64,000 bases of DNA. Origin: Octopus vulgaris (taxonomy: Eukaryota). Of this stretch, positions 37,684 to 50,899 are shown piece by piece. Below the pieces are notes generated by a model. That model had not been told where the DNA came from and ran no database searches. It saw nothing but the letters and a program-made list of their open reading frames with translations. The stretch covers positions 130,820,001-130,884,000 of the forward strand of contig OX597818.1 of NCBI GenBank assembly GCA_951406725.2, read 5' to 3'. The position numbers and the translations under genes are program-made. Position 1 is the stretch's first letter. Every line of letters starts with the position of its first letter.

Positions 37684-39258
37684 TCTCTATATATATAAAA
37701 CTGTGAATGTGTGTGTGTCTGTCTGTCTGTCTGTGTGTTTCCCTAAAACTTGAGAACTACACAACCAATTTCATTCAAATTTTACACATGCCTTACTTAG
37801 GGTCCATGTAGTTTCATGGGCAAAACAAATGTTCAACTTCTTGCCTAGAGCGAGCCCATAGCAATTACATATCTTCTCCACTATTTCAGTATTACGTATT
37901 AAAAGTGAAACAAAAACATTTCTCTATTTTATGTCAGATACTTTCACTTTAACAATAAAAATAATAATAACAATTGAATTATATGTAGTAAGTAATAATT
38001 AAAATCAGACTAAAGTATAATATAATCGTAACATAACAAACGTAAAAATAGCAATTGGTATAAAATTGCATCAATGACTTGAACTTGAATAAGTGGTTTC
38101 ACATGAATGGGAATTAATTAAAAATAAAATTATTGTGCAGAAATGGAATAGTCCAGATGGAGCTGTGCTTTTACATTAGATTATCTGCTAATTAGCTAGC
38201 ATTAAGTATCTATATGAAGTTTGGCTGTATGTAAAATCTGTTTACTCGAACAGCTGGTTCTACAGAGTACTGCTGTTGGTTTATTTCTTATACATAAAGG
38301 ACTAAAGCTTCAACTGCTTACTGCTTTCTAATTCATCGTAAGGTTTGTTGTTATTATTATTACTGTTTAACTATTGTTATCACGTTTGTTGGTTCCTCGT
38401 AAAGGAAACATTGGTGTGTTGCATTTGTTAAATAATTGTAAACTGTAACCCTACCCCTTTGGGAGAAGGAGCTTTGGTTATTGTTTAAAAATTGAATTGT
38501 TGCCCTGTTTAGTGAAATTGACAATATTTTCGCCATTTACACGGAAGCATTTTTGTTAGAATGCCTTCGATAGAAGAAAGTCCAAAAATGAATTTCGATG
38601 CACCCATTGGTGGGCGCAAACTCATTGAAATTAAAATGGAAGAAATAAGGAGTGATCACCGACAAAGACGGTGAATCTAGGATAACACCACCAAACGAAA
38701 TAAAAAATCAAATTAAAGAAAAGACTATTGTCTATAAAGTATACAATGTAGAGAGAGAAAAAAAGATTTGAACACCTGGAGGAAAGCACCATCGAAAAGT
38801 GTCTTGGTGCGACCATGAAAGATATCTAACTAGAGGTGGTAAATTCGCCACAATAGAAGCAAGGTTCGAGTCAACGGAGCGTGCAAGGGAGTACTCGACT
38901 TGAACCTTGCAAAGTGGAAATATTTTATTTTTACCTTTATATCTGGGACGTAGGACGCCCCGGATAAAAATTTAAAATGTCCCCCCAGAAGTAGAGGTAG
39001 GCTGGATTGTAGCCACACTTCTATACAAGAGGGAGGACAAGATACCATTGATCAGAATTGCAAGAGACAGGCCTACAATTCCAGTCTGTTATATATTTTG
39101 AGTATTGTTATCATTAGCGATATCAAGATATAACTTTGTATTTTGTATTTTATGTGTAGATGTATATATATAGATGTACATGTAATATGTACACATATAT
39201 ATACACATATATACATGCACTAGCACTATGACCCGGCAACGACGGGTCATAATGCTAG
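37684..39258 (+). mobile_element. Non-autonomous Helitron (~1.57 kb)
   Basis: a|TCTCTATATATATAAAA 5' end followed by (TGTC)n; hairpin ATGACCCG-gcaacga-CGGGTCAT; CTAG|t 3' end. Confidence 0.75.
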
Positions 39259-39514
39259 TATATATATATATATATATATAGGTGCAGGGACCTATAGAAT
39301 ATGTACCAGAGTTAAAATAAGTACTGGTAGTGATTTGTTTCACTGACCCTACATACAGGTGTTCCAGTATGGCTAGAATTCAGTGATATAAACAAACAAA
39401 AGGACAAAGGGTATATAAAGATGCATATATATGCATACGTGTGTGTGGGTATCTGTATATTTATGTATGTATATTTATTTATCTACCAACCTCTCTCTTT
39501 CTCTCTCTCTCTCA

Positions 39515-39553
<39 letters not shown>

Positions 39554-39787
39554 TATATACATCATCATCATCATCATACATCATATATACATATATATAT
39601 ATATATATACATATATATGTGCATATATATACATATACATACATACTTATATATATACATATACATACATTTATATATATGTATGTATATATATATATAT
39701 ATATATATACATACATATATACGTACATACATACATACACACATACATACATACACACACACACATATACATACATACATACATACA

Positions 39788-39823
<36 letters not shown>

Positions 39824-40035
39824 TATAAAGGCACATTTCAGCTTGCAAACTTAGCAACATACACGTACAGTTTCACACAGAGCTATGCATGTCTGTATAC
39901 ATACATATATACATGCATACATGATTGCATGCATACATCTACACATACAAACATACATACATTGATAAGTGCATATACAGTAACTATGATATTTATCTCT
40001 TCTTTTATGTCTAATGGCCCCGATATTCTATGCCA

Positions 40036-40072
40036 CCTTATTATTATCATGATTATTATCATTATTATTATT

Positions 40073-40145
<73 letters not shown>

Positions 40146-40345
40146 TATTATCATCATTATTATTATCATTATTATCATCATTATTATTATTATTATCATT
40201 ATTATTATTATCATTATTATCCTTATTATTATCATTATTATCATTATTATTATTATTATCATTATTATCCTTATTATTATTATCATTATTATCATTATTA
40301 TTATTATTATTATTATCATTATTATTATTATCATTATTATTATTA

Positions 40346-40376
<31 letters not shown>

Positions 40377-40447
40377 CATTATTATTATTATTATCATTAT
40401 TATTATCATTATTATCATTATCATTATTATCATTATTATTATTATTA

Positions 40448-40490
<43 letters not shown>

Positions 40491-40552
40491 CATTAGTATT
40501 ATTATTATCATTATTATCATTATTATTATTATTATCATTATTATTATTATCA
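40036..40552. repeat. (ATT/ATC)n microsatellite, ~0.5 kb
   Basis: Seen directly. Confidence 0.98.
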
Positions 40553-41029
40553 CTATAACTCAGCACTCTAAGGTGGCCTTAATTAACACATACACACACA
40601 TGTATTAGCAAACATATATATACATGCAGGCACATAGATGCACACATGCATATGAACAGATATAAGCATACAGTTGCATACACACATACATGGGTATGCA
40701 CACACATACACTCACACACACCCACATTCATTTGCATAAGAACAGATACACATTCATGTATACATAGTCTATCTCTCTCCCTCTCCCTCCCTCTCTCTCT
40801 CTCTCTCTCTCTCTTTCTATTAGACATGCATCTCCTCTTCGTGTCCCTTCCTCTTCTTCTTTTATAGTCATTTGTCTTGTACCATTTACCATATCAATGA
40901 GGGGACAGAGGGGTAGAAGAGACAATAGGAGGGGATTTGGTGGATGGACTACTTTTTAGGGGTGGCGGGTTAGGTAGGAGAACATTTTTCATGAGTGGAG
41001 CAATTGTGATAGCGAGGAGGAAAGAAAGA

Positions 41030-41640
41030 GTCAGGGAAGAGAGAGAGAGTGGGAGAGAGAGGAGGAGAGAGGGGCAGAGAGTGAAAGAGAGAGAGAGGGG
41101 GAGAGAGTGAAAGAAAGAGTGGGGAGAGAGTGAAAGAGAGGGTGGGGGAGAGAGTGAAATAGAGAGGGGGAGAGAGTGAAAGAGAGGGTGGGGAGAGTGA
41201 AAGAGAGAGAGGGGGAGAGTGTGAAAGAGAGGGTGGGGAGAGTGAAAGAGACAGACAGACAGACAGAAGCAGTGAGAGAGAGATAGGGAGTTAGGAATGG
41301 TATTTGGGGATCCTAGTAATGCAGGTAATGGTAGTGGTGGTGGTGGAGGTGGTTGTAGTGATGATGGTGGTGGGGGCCCTGGTGGTTATAGTGATGATGG
41401 TGGTGATGGTGGAGGTGGTGGTGGTGGTGGTGGTGGTGGTGGTGGTGGTGGTGGTGATGGTGGTGGTGGTTGAGGTGGTTGTAGTGATGATGGTGGTGGG
41501 GCCGGTGGTTATAGGGATGATGGTGGTGATGGTGGTGGTGGTGGTTGAGGTGGTTGTAGTGATGATGGTGGTGGGGCCGGTGGTTATAGTGGCGATGGTG
41601 GTGGTGGTGGTAGTGGTGGTGGTTGAGGTGGTGGTAAGTG
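41030..41640. repeat. Purine-rich GA minisatellite followed by a (GGT)n compound repeat with higher-order units
   Basis: gagagtgaaagagag-ggg units; gaggtggttgtagtgatgatggtggtgggg recurs three times. Confidence 0.9.
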
Positions 41641-42045
41641 TAATGGAGATACTAACACTGTTCTACCCAAATATTATTACATGATCCAGCAGCAATAGTG
41701 GTAGTGGCGTAGGTAGTGGTGGTGGATGCAGTGGTGGTAAGATGATGACCATAATCAATTTGCAGTGGCTAAGTTACAATAATGGTTGTTATTGTTGTTG
41801 CTGTTGTTGTTGTTGTTTTGCTCCGAGTCAAGCCTGAGTGGGAAAGCTTATGATCAAAGGCATTTTGGCCATGACTTATTCCGTCATTATTACTTCTATC
41901 CGTGGAGTGGAGTCCAGGTCCACATTATGGTCGATGAAAGTGGCAATTCTGAGGACCAAGACTGTAGTAGTGGCTGTTAGCTCCAGGTCAATTATGACTG
42001 ACCAAACCTTTGATCAAGGGTGTTATAACCACCCTGTAGGTCACC

Positions 42046-42431
42046 GTGGAGGCGCAATGGCCCAGTGGTTAGGGCAGCGGACTCGCGGTCGGAGGATCGC
42101 GGTTTCGATTCCCAGACCGGGCATTGTGAGTGTTTATTGAGCGAAAACACCTAAAGCTCCACGAGGCTCTGGCAGGGGGTGGTGGTGAACCCTGCTGTAC
42201 TCTTTCACCACAACTTTCTCTCACTCTTTCTTCCTGTTTCTCTTGTACCTGTATTTCAAAGGGCCAGCCTTGTCACACTCTGTGTCACGCTGAGTCTCCT
42301 CGAGAACTACGTTAAGGGTACACATGTCTGTGGAGTGCTCAGCCACTTGCACGTTAATATCACAAGCAAGCTGTTCCGTTGATCGTATCAGCTGGGACTC
42401 TCATCGTCGAAACCGACGGAGTGAAAAAAGA
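42046..42431 (+). mobile_element. tRNA-derived SINE family B, young, with 10-bp TSD
   Basis: A box tggcccagtgg, B box ggtttcgattccc. TSD GTAGGTCACC at 42036 and 42432. Confidence 0.9.
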
Positions 42432-42557
42432 GTAGGTCACCAGTCTGTACGATCTCGGGAGGGGGGCATATAAAACTTTGGGGGGTTTATAATATCAAAA
42501 TAGTAAATTAAGGAACCACAGTAGTATTTTAAACATCCATCTAAAGTTTTGATTTAA

Positions 42558-43294
42558 CCCTTTAGCATTTAAACCAGCCATATCTAGCCAAAATTTTCTA
42601 CTTGCTTTATGTTCAAACTGATGAGATCTGGCTTCTCATGGCAACACTACAGTATCATTCTAAAACTTAACAATTTCCTCATCAAAATTTCAAAGCACCA
42701 TGAAAATGCATGATTAATTCAAAACAATGTGAATAAATAAGCATTACCGTAAATCCTCAAGTATAATCCGCATTTTTTTCCCCAAATTTAAAGGTCAAAA
42801 TCCCTAGTGCGTACTACTATATACGAGGTTAAAAATGAAAAATATTTCCCAAGCAATGTCCAAGTCTCTATCTGCTGTCCAGCAATGTTTATTCAGATGC
42901 ATTTTGTGATGTCAGGCACAAAATTACCTTAAGCTAAGCCTGAAAGCAATGAAGTCATAAAAGAATCAACCATAACTTGCAGCAAACAACATTTATTAAA
43001 CGTTATTACTGTTATTTCTTTATTTTCTGCAAACAAAATGCACAAAAAGGCTACACATTCGCATTATGTTATATATACAATAATAATAAAGGACGTTACT
43101 GTATACATTTTTACAAACCAAGGACATTATATAGACCTCCTTGACTCAAGTTAGAGAAGGGGTGCATATTATACACAAGGTTTAGGTTTTTCAGAGGTAC
43201 AGCCACCTAAAAATCCCCTGCGTATCATACCCGAGGGTGGGCTATACTTGAGGATTTACGGTCCTTTTGACAGAGTAATCTGAAAGCTAAAGGA
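42558..43294 (+). mobile_element. piggyBac-like TTAA MITE interrupted by a Tc2/pogo-like MITE
   Basis: ttaa-CCCTTTAGCATT...GCTAAAGGA-ttaa. Confidence 0.75.
42747..43261. mobile_element. Tc2/pogo-like MITE
   Basis: Perfect 19-bp TIR CCGTAAATCCTCAAGTATA / TATACTTGAGGATTTACGG; TA on the left and TC on the right. Confidence 0.85.
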
Positions 43295-43349
43295 TTAAAT
43301 GTATGCATGGCAAGAAACAGCTAGGTTTTTTCTCAAACATTTTGCATAA

Positions 43350-43750
43350 TTCAGTTTTGAGAAGGACTGAGGGAGTAATGGTGAGAGCAATGTGTGGTGT
43401 GAAACTGTTGGATAAAAGGTGGGCTGAGGACTTGGTGGGGATGCTGGGGTTTAAGAAATTTGTGGAACAGTTGGCAAGGGCGAATGGAGTGCAGTGGTAT
43501 GAACATGTGTTGATGAGGGATAAGGACCACGTTCTGAAGAGTGTGCTTGAGTTTAGAGTGAATGAACCGCGAAAGCGAGGTTGACCAAAGAAAATGTGGA
43601 GGGGACAGGTGGAGGAGGAGATTGGAAGGGTTGGCTTGAGGAGGGAGGATGCCCAAAACCAGGTGAGATGGCAAGATGGTGTGAGAGTGGTTGCTGTAAG
43701 AGTGAGGTAGATCCGGCCACTCTCGTTAATGGGGACAAACCTGGATTTAA
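43350..43750 (+). mobile_element. RTE LINE ORF C-terminal fragment
   Basis: VLRRTEGVMVRAMCGVKLLD...VQWYEHVLMRDKDHVLK...RKRG*PKKMW. Confidence 0.85.
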
Positions 43751-44853
43751 GATATTGGAATTCATCAATTTCATTCAAGTTAATGTTTGAAAAAACAAAA
43801 TAGGAATTTTGAAAGAAGTATCTAGAAAACAAGTTTTTAAACATTGAAAGGCCATGGGGTGGGGTGGGGGTTGTCCACCAAATTGAAATAGTAATCACTC
43901 TATCTGGGATGCTTATTTCATCAATCATGATATGATGAAAGGTGGAGTTGACACAAGTGGAATTTGAAATTCAAAATGAAGAAAGTCAGAATAAAATATC
44001 TCAAGGTAATTTATCTGATGCTCAAACGACTCTGTGAATTTATTGTCTTCAGAAAAACACTGTTGCTTTGCTCCAGTGCAGAATACAGTGCGGCTTAGTG
44101 GTTAGGGTGTTGGACTCATGATCCTAATATTGTGGTTTCAATTCCTGGACTCAGCAAGACATTGTGTTCTTGAGCAAAGCACTTCATTTCATGTTGCTCC
44201 AATCCACTCTGATGGCAAAACTACAGGCTAAAAAAAGGTTTGCTATGACTAGCAAAGAGATATTCCCTAATTGCCACTCTGATTCTTCTGTTCCCACTTA
44301 CTTTTACTCAGCTTGTACCTTAAAGGTCAATCCAAACATCTCATCATCACTGTTTTTACCTTTTTTCAGTTCCACCTGATCGCTCCTACATTTTCTTCTA
44401 AAATGTGAGTTATCATGGAGTTTTTCCACAGTAAGAAACCCGTTCTGCTCTGGCACCCTTCCATCATACTTTAACCCTTCATCCCCAGCTTAAACTAACC
44501 TCCTTGAGGTCTGTAGTTTTGCTGGCTGCATGACGAGCTTACCAGTGCTAGTACCATAATAAAAAGCACCCGGTACATGCTATAAATTGGTTTGTATTAA
44601 GGACATCCAGCCATAGGAAACATACCAAAGCAGGTAGTGAAACACAATGCAGTTGCTGGGCCCAACAGATCCTGTCAAAACATCTAATCCAGGGGTCCTC
44701 AACCAGGGTCTATAAGACCCTTGGAGATCCACATTGCCCTTGGGGATCCATGTAAGATTTTGTTGTTAGAAATTAATGTGCAGCAACCTGGTTATACTTC
44801 AACAATACTTGAAATATTTTAATAATTTTTTTTAATAAAATTCCAAATAATAT

Positions 44854-45005
44854 AGGCACAGGAGTGCCATGTGGTAAGTCGTTTGCTTACAAACCACATG
44901 GTTCCGGGTTCAGTCCCTGTGCGTGACACCTTGGGCAAGTGTCTTCTGTTATAGACTCAAGCTGACCAAAGCCTTGTGAGTGGATTTGGTAGATAGAAAC
45001 ATATA

Positions 45006-45037
<32 letters not shown>

Positions 45038-45135
45038 TAGTGCATATGCATGCATTTGTGTATATATATACATATATATACAACTTTATCAATATATATA
45101 TATATATACAAAGACAGATAAAATGACAGACGGAC

Positions 45136-45193
<58 letters not shown>

Positions 45194-45332
45194 ACAGAGA
45201 AATAGAGAGATAGCTATATAGATACATATATAAATAGATAGATAGATAGATAGATATATATATGTATATGTATATAGATAGATAGATAGATCGTATATAT
45301 ATGTATATGTATATAGATAGATAGATAGATCG

Positions 45333-45411
<79 letters not shown>

Positions 45412-45635
45412 TTGTGTATCTGTGTTTGTCCCCCCACCCCCAACATCACTTGACAACCGATGCTGGTGTGCTTACGTCCCCTCAACTTAGCGGTTCGGCA
45501 AAAGAGACCGATAGAATAAGTACTAGGCTTACAAAGAATAAGTCCTGGGGTTGACTTGTTCGACTAAAGGCGGTGCTCCAGCATGGTCACAGTCAAATGA
45601 CTGAAACAAGTAAAAGAGTAAAAGAGAGGGTAAAA
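44854..45635 (+). mobile_element. SINE family A whose internal tract holds a copy of nearby flanking DNA
   Basis: Head and tail are intact; 45000-45260 duplicates 45951-46220. Confidence 0.85.
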
Positions 45636-45950
45636 GAGAGTATAATATTAAAGTATAGAAGTATAACAGGAATTTCTTAAAACAATGAATGGTCGTGAGG
45701 GTTGAGCAGAATAGCAACCAAAGGGACCCATCAGCGAAAAATAAATTGGTTGGGAAACTTATCTAAATCATACCTATATGTAGCAGGAATGTTAAATAGC
45801 AATGTTGCTGATGATGATACATATGTATAATTTTGGGTTATATTTTTAGTATTTATTAAATAATGAAGAGAAACATATTTTATTCAATAAATCTCTTAAA
45901 TGTAGTTTGTCACAAGTAATTAAGTATATAAGTGTAAATATTTGTCACCC

Positions 45951-45997
<47 letters not shown>

Positions 45998-46093
45998 TAG
46001 TGCATATGCATGCATTTGTGTATATATATACATATATATACAACTTTATCAATATATATATATATACAAAGACAGATAAAATGACAGACGGAC

Positions 46094-46155
<62 letters not shown>

Positions 46156-46199
46156 ACAGAGAAATAGAGAGATAGCTATATAGATACATATATAAATAA

Positions 46200-46239
<40 letters not shown>

Positions 46240-46279
46240 ATAGAGAAATAGAGAGATAGCTATATAGATACATATATAA

Positions 46280-46324
<45 letters not shown>

Positions 46325-47034
46325 TAGATGGATCACCTTCAGATATTCAATGGGTACTCACTATCACATACATACATTCAGACACATACACATATACACA
46401 TGCATATGTACATACACATACACACATGCATATGTACATACACATACACATGCATATGTACATACACACACACGTGCATACACACACACATGTGCACATA
46501 CACATGTACACACACATGCACGCACAGACTCACACGTGCACGCACAGACACACACGTGCATGCACAGACACACACGTGCACGCACAGACACACACATGCA
46601 CGCGCATATACACACAAACACACACACACACACATCTGTGTCCAGCGATAGGTCTCCGTCATGCAATTTTGCTAGCAAGTCATATTACCTTTGTTAGTAA
46701 CTCAGAACAGTAACTTGCCTGACAGACCCGACTAAGACCCGATAAAAGGAGGAAACATTAAATCTCTAAGAGCAGAACAAAGCAGATATTGGCGGCTGGG
46801 TGGAGGACCGGGGGGGGGGATGTGGGGTGGATACAAGTGCGGGGGTGAGGGTGACAGTAAGACTGACTGCGACAAGGTTGAATTGGTGGCAGCATGAATG
46901 AGGGTGGTCAATATACCGGCTTCGTTCCACCGTTCCACTACCACTAGTATAGTAATACCAATGCCAGATCTGCTGACACCGCTGCCATCACCCACCTCAT
47001 ACCAAGAGTCTGTCTGTCTGCCTGCTTGTCTGTG

Positions 47035-47080
<46 letters not shown>

Positions 47081-47393
47081 ACCCTCTCCTCTCCTCCCCC
47101 ACATCGGTTCTTAGATCTTGTGCATAATACCGTCATTAGTCAGGATAATGCTGGTAGTAAGTAAAGGACCATAACACTATGGAACACTATGGACAGTTGA
47201 TGGCATGGAAACTAAAGGAGGAGGATGAGAAAGAATTGGAAGGAGGAAGAGAGGGAGAAAGAAAAGGGATGGGTGGGTAGAGCCAGAAGAATGGGTATGA
47301 AAGGATTAAGAATAATTTTCCCTTCTTTAGATTGCTTTCACTCTCTCTCTCTCTCCATCTCACTCACTCAAGCTTCCCACATTATATATATAT

Positions 47394-47539
<146 letters not shown>

Positions 47540-47789
47540 GTGTGTGTGTATGTATGTATATATTATGAAGTTGTATATAAATGTATATAAATACACAAAT
47601 GCATTCACATGCACCTCACACACCATACACACATACAAATACAACCATGTCTTCCTTCCAGTATGTCTTGCTGTGGATGTCTTCTTCATTTCCAATATCT
47701 TTTGGCATTAGTCACTCTGATACGAACTAACAGAGACAAAAGAAAAGGACATATGTCAGTGTACATGTATGTGTGTGTGTCTGTGTGTA

Positions 47790-47833
<44 letters not shown>

Positions 47834-47908
47834 GACACGTGCATATGTATGTATATATTTATATGCATAGACATGTGTGTGTATGTGTATAAATATATAT
47901 ATATACTC

Positions 47909-48184
47909 TTGTGTCTGGGTAGAGTCATTTTCTTCTTTTGCCTTATAATCTAAGACACTCACCGGTAAAATTTCCACTTTTTTTTCTTATTTTTATTTTT
48001 CTAAAATTTTCGTTGTGTCTTGCAACCTTTTCAATAGTTTTGAATCCGTCCAAAACTACTGAAAAGGTTGCAAGATGCAATGAAAATTTTAAGAAAATAA
48101 AAATAAGAAACAAAAGTGGAAATTTTACCGGTGAGTGTGTTAGATTATAAGGCAAATGAAGAAAATGACTCTACCCAGACACAA
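47909..48184. repeat. Long palindrome (~133-bp arms, ~9-nt loop), probable PLE inverted terminus
   Basis: ttgtgtctgggtagagtcattttcttc...agttttg pairs with caaaact...gaagaaaatgactctacccagacacaa. Confidence 0.92.
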
Positions 48185-48332
48185 CAGAATATGCTTTAAC
48201 ACATGAACTCATATAAAGAATCTTGCAAACCAAATCCAAAAATGAAATATATATATATATATAATATAGCTAGCTAGATAGATAGATAGATGGAGAGATA
48301 AATGGATAGATAGATAAATAGACATATAGATA

Positions 48333-48745
48333 TAGGTGCAGGTGCAGCTATGGGGTAAGAAGATTGCTTCTCAACAACATAGTTCTGGGTTCAGTCCTAC
48401 TGTCTGGCACCTTGGACATGTGTCTTCTACTATAACTTCAGACTGACCAAAGCCTTGTGAGTGGATTTTGTAGACAGAAACCGAAAAAAGCCTGTTGTAT
48501 AATGTGTGTGGGCATGCGTGTATCTGTGTGTGTATGTGTGTGTGTGTCTGTCTGTCCCCACGACTGCTTGACAATCGGTGTTGGTGTGTTTATGTCCCTG
48601 TTACTTAGTGGTTCAGCAAAAGAGACTAATAGAATAAATTCTAGGCTTCCAAAATCAATAAGTTGTGGGATTGATCTGTTTGACTAAAACCTTTCAAGGC
48701 AGTACCCCGGCATGGCCACAATGAAATGACTGAAACAATTAAAAG
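48333..48745 (+). mobile_element. SINE family A, diverged
   Basis: Head, CORE-like part and tail are recognisable. Confidence 0.8.
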
Positions 48746-48763
48746 ATATATATATATATATAT

Positions 48764-49075
48764 ATCACCGTGATCACCATGACTGACCAGGCTATCAGAT
48801 GTTGCTACACATCGCTGGTCACAATGTGCTTCGCATTGTTTTAGCCTTCAACTGACGCCAATCCGCTGGCTAAGCGAGCAGGCCAACAGAAGAAAGAGTG
48901 AGAGAAAGTTGTGGCGAAGGAGTACAGCAGGGATTGCCACCACCCCTTGCTGGAGCCTCATGGAGCTTTAGGTGTTTTCACTCAATAAACACTCATAACG
49001 CCCAGTCAGGGTATCGAAACTGCGATCCTACAACCACGAGTCTGGTGCCCTAACCACTGGGCCATTGCGCCTCCA
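48764..49075 (-). mobile_element. SINE family B with RTE-type tail
   Basis: Head (reverse complement) gtggaggcgcaatggcccagtggttagggc; tail aligns to the RTE 3' end at 50896-50960. Confidence 0.85.
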
Positions 49076-49104
49076 CACATACACACACACACATATATAT
49101 ATAT

Positions 49105-49315
49105 AAAGTTAATCCAAACAAGAAAGCACAAAAAAACACAACAACGCGAGGACGTGGAACAAATATAGTATTATATGACGCTCTGGAAAGAAGAAAAGAA
49201 TGAGGATTTAACGTTTCGAGCGGAGCTCTTCGTCGGAAACATAGGAGAAGGAAAGATCCAGAGAAGGGAAGACAGAGGAAAAAAAATCGCCAACGGTACA
49301 CACACGGTCACATTT
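49105..49315 (-). mobile_element. PLE terminal-repeat fragment with the best-preserved minimal hammerhead (49207-49240)
   Basis: Reverse complement reads ttt-CCGACGA-A-GAGC-tcc-GCTC-GAAAC-GTT-aaa. Confidence 0.7.
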
Positions 49316-49497
49316 TGAAATATATATATATATATATATATACATCCATAGAGAGGGAGATATAGACACAGAGAGTAAGAAGCACTGGTATGGTTGGAGT
49401 GCAGGTATGGCCGTGTGATTATGAAATTTGCTTCCCAACCACATGGTTTTGTGTTTAGTTCTACTGCATGGTAAGATGACAGTGTCATTGCTATCTA

Positions 49498-50623
49498 CTA
49501 TAAACAAAAATCAGTTGGCTTGGAGGAATGGTCATATACAGAACAAATAAATTGTAAGTCATATGTTATAGCAATGATAATAATATAAAGCAAATATATG
49601 AGTTTCTCCTGCCTCAATATAAAGATACCATATTTACTGCAATGTTGAATATAACCAACCTATAGTGAAATTAATATAAAAGATATTAGAAATAGATGTA
49701 ATTGTAGAATTATTAATCAATGTCTTCTTAACAGGTACTGCCTCAGAAAAGACATTGCATATTTGTATAATATATACTACCTAATTCCATAATGGGATTA
49801 AGTTGTATATATGATCTACATCCAACATTCTGAAAATTAGATGTTCTTCCCACAAGGATTCCTTTGCTAATCCTACATTAAAGCATCCAACATCATTTTC
49901 ACAATATCCAGCTTCAAACAAATAGCTATCAGATTTAAACTTGACTGGATTATTTTAGACACAGCAAAACCAAACAGCAGTGATAGGTTAGGAATGGATG
50001 TTATTTGTGCATTTGTGGAACCTGCAAATTTAACTCGAAAATAGTCATTTATTAACTAAAAATAACAAATTTTTAGTTAAACACATCATAAAATACCGAA
50101 AACCTTACTGAATACCTTTAAATGTCCAGGACCCCTGGATTGGAGATACATAAAAATCACTATCCGAATCGTGGCCGATGCCAGTGCCGCCTCGACTGGC
50201 TTCTGTGTCGGTGGCACGTAAAATGCATCAATCCGACCGTGGCCGATGCCAGACTCGCCTGGCACCAGTGCAGGTGGCACGTAAAAAGCACCCACTACAC
50301 TCACGGAATGGTTGGCGTTAGGAAGGGCATCCAGCTGGAGAAACATTGCCAGATAAGACCGGAGCCTGGTGCAGCCTTCTGGCTTCCCAGATCCCCGGTC
50401 GAACCGTCCAACCCATGCTAGCATGGAGAACGGACGTTAAACGATGATGATGATGATGATGATGTAGTGTAATTAGAAATCTTGACAGCAGTAAAACTTT
50501 TCAGTTTTCTCCACAAATATATCAAAATATGTGATCTCATAAAGTAAAGAGATGATATTTTGAATGGTCAACCCTGACTTAATTGTTTCACACACAAGAT
50601 TTTTAGCCATAATTACCTTAATG
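49498..50623 (-). pseudogene. Candidate three-exon decayed gene segment, family not recognised
   Basis: Exons 50623-50109 (split by an RTE UTR), 50021-49781 and 49659-49498, joined by GT-AG introns of 87 and 121 nt with matching phases; several in-frame stops. Confidence 0.4.
50150..50463 (+). mobile_element. RTE 3' UTR (family D), young copy
   Basis: Near-consensus sequence ending ggacgttaaacgatgatgatg. Confidence 0.85.
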
Positions 50624-50852
50624 CTATAAAAAGCTAATTGTATTTACTATGAAAACCCAGGAGGATTAGTCCCATAATAAATAGGCATTCTATATTTTAC
50701 TTTCATGTGGTTGGTTCTTATTAGGCTTCATAGTTAAATAATTAATATTTCCATGATTATGATATATTCAGTTATAGTTGCAAAATGTATTTACATATCT
50801 GATATAAAGATAGAAACACTGCTGCTTTATACATACATAGATACATACAAAC

Positions 50853-50895
<43 letters not shown>

Positions 50896-50899
<4 letters not shown>

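Noticed and set aside
42046-42120. SINE heads as real tRNA genes (also 51865-51938)
   Set aside because: They continue into SINE bodies, the 42046 copy has a TSD, and neither forms a full cloverleaf.
48056-48093. Hammerhead-like ctgaaaa-g-gttgc-aagat-gcaat-gaaa-atttta
   Set aside because: The core lacks the invariant G of CUGANGA, and the other two copies read ttgaaaa; too degenerate to call.
47938-48155. Pair of near-identical sense and antisense 70-aa ORFs
   Set aside because: They are a direct consequence of the DNA palindrome.
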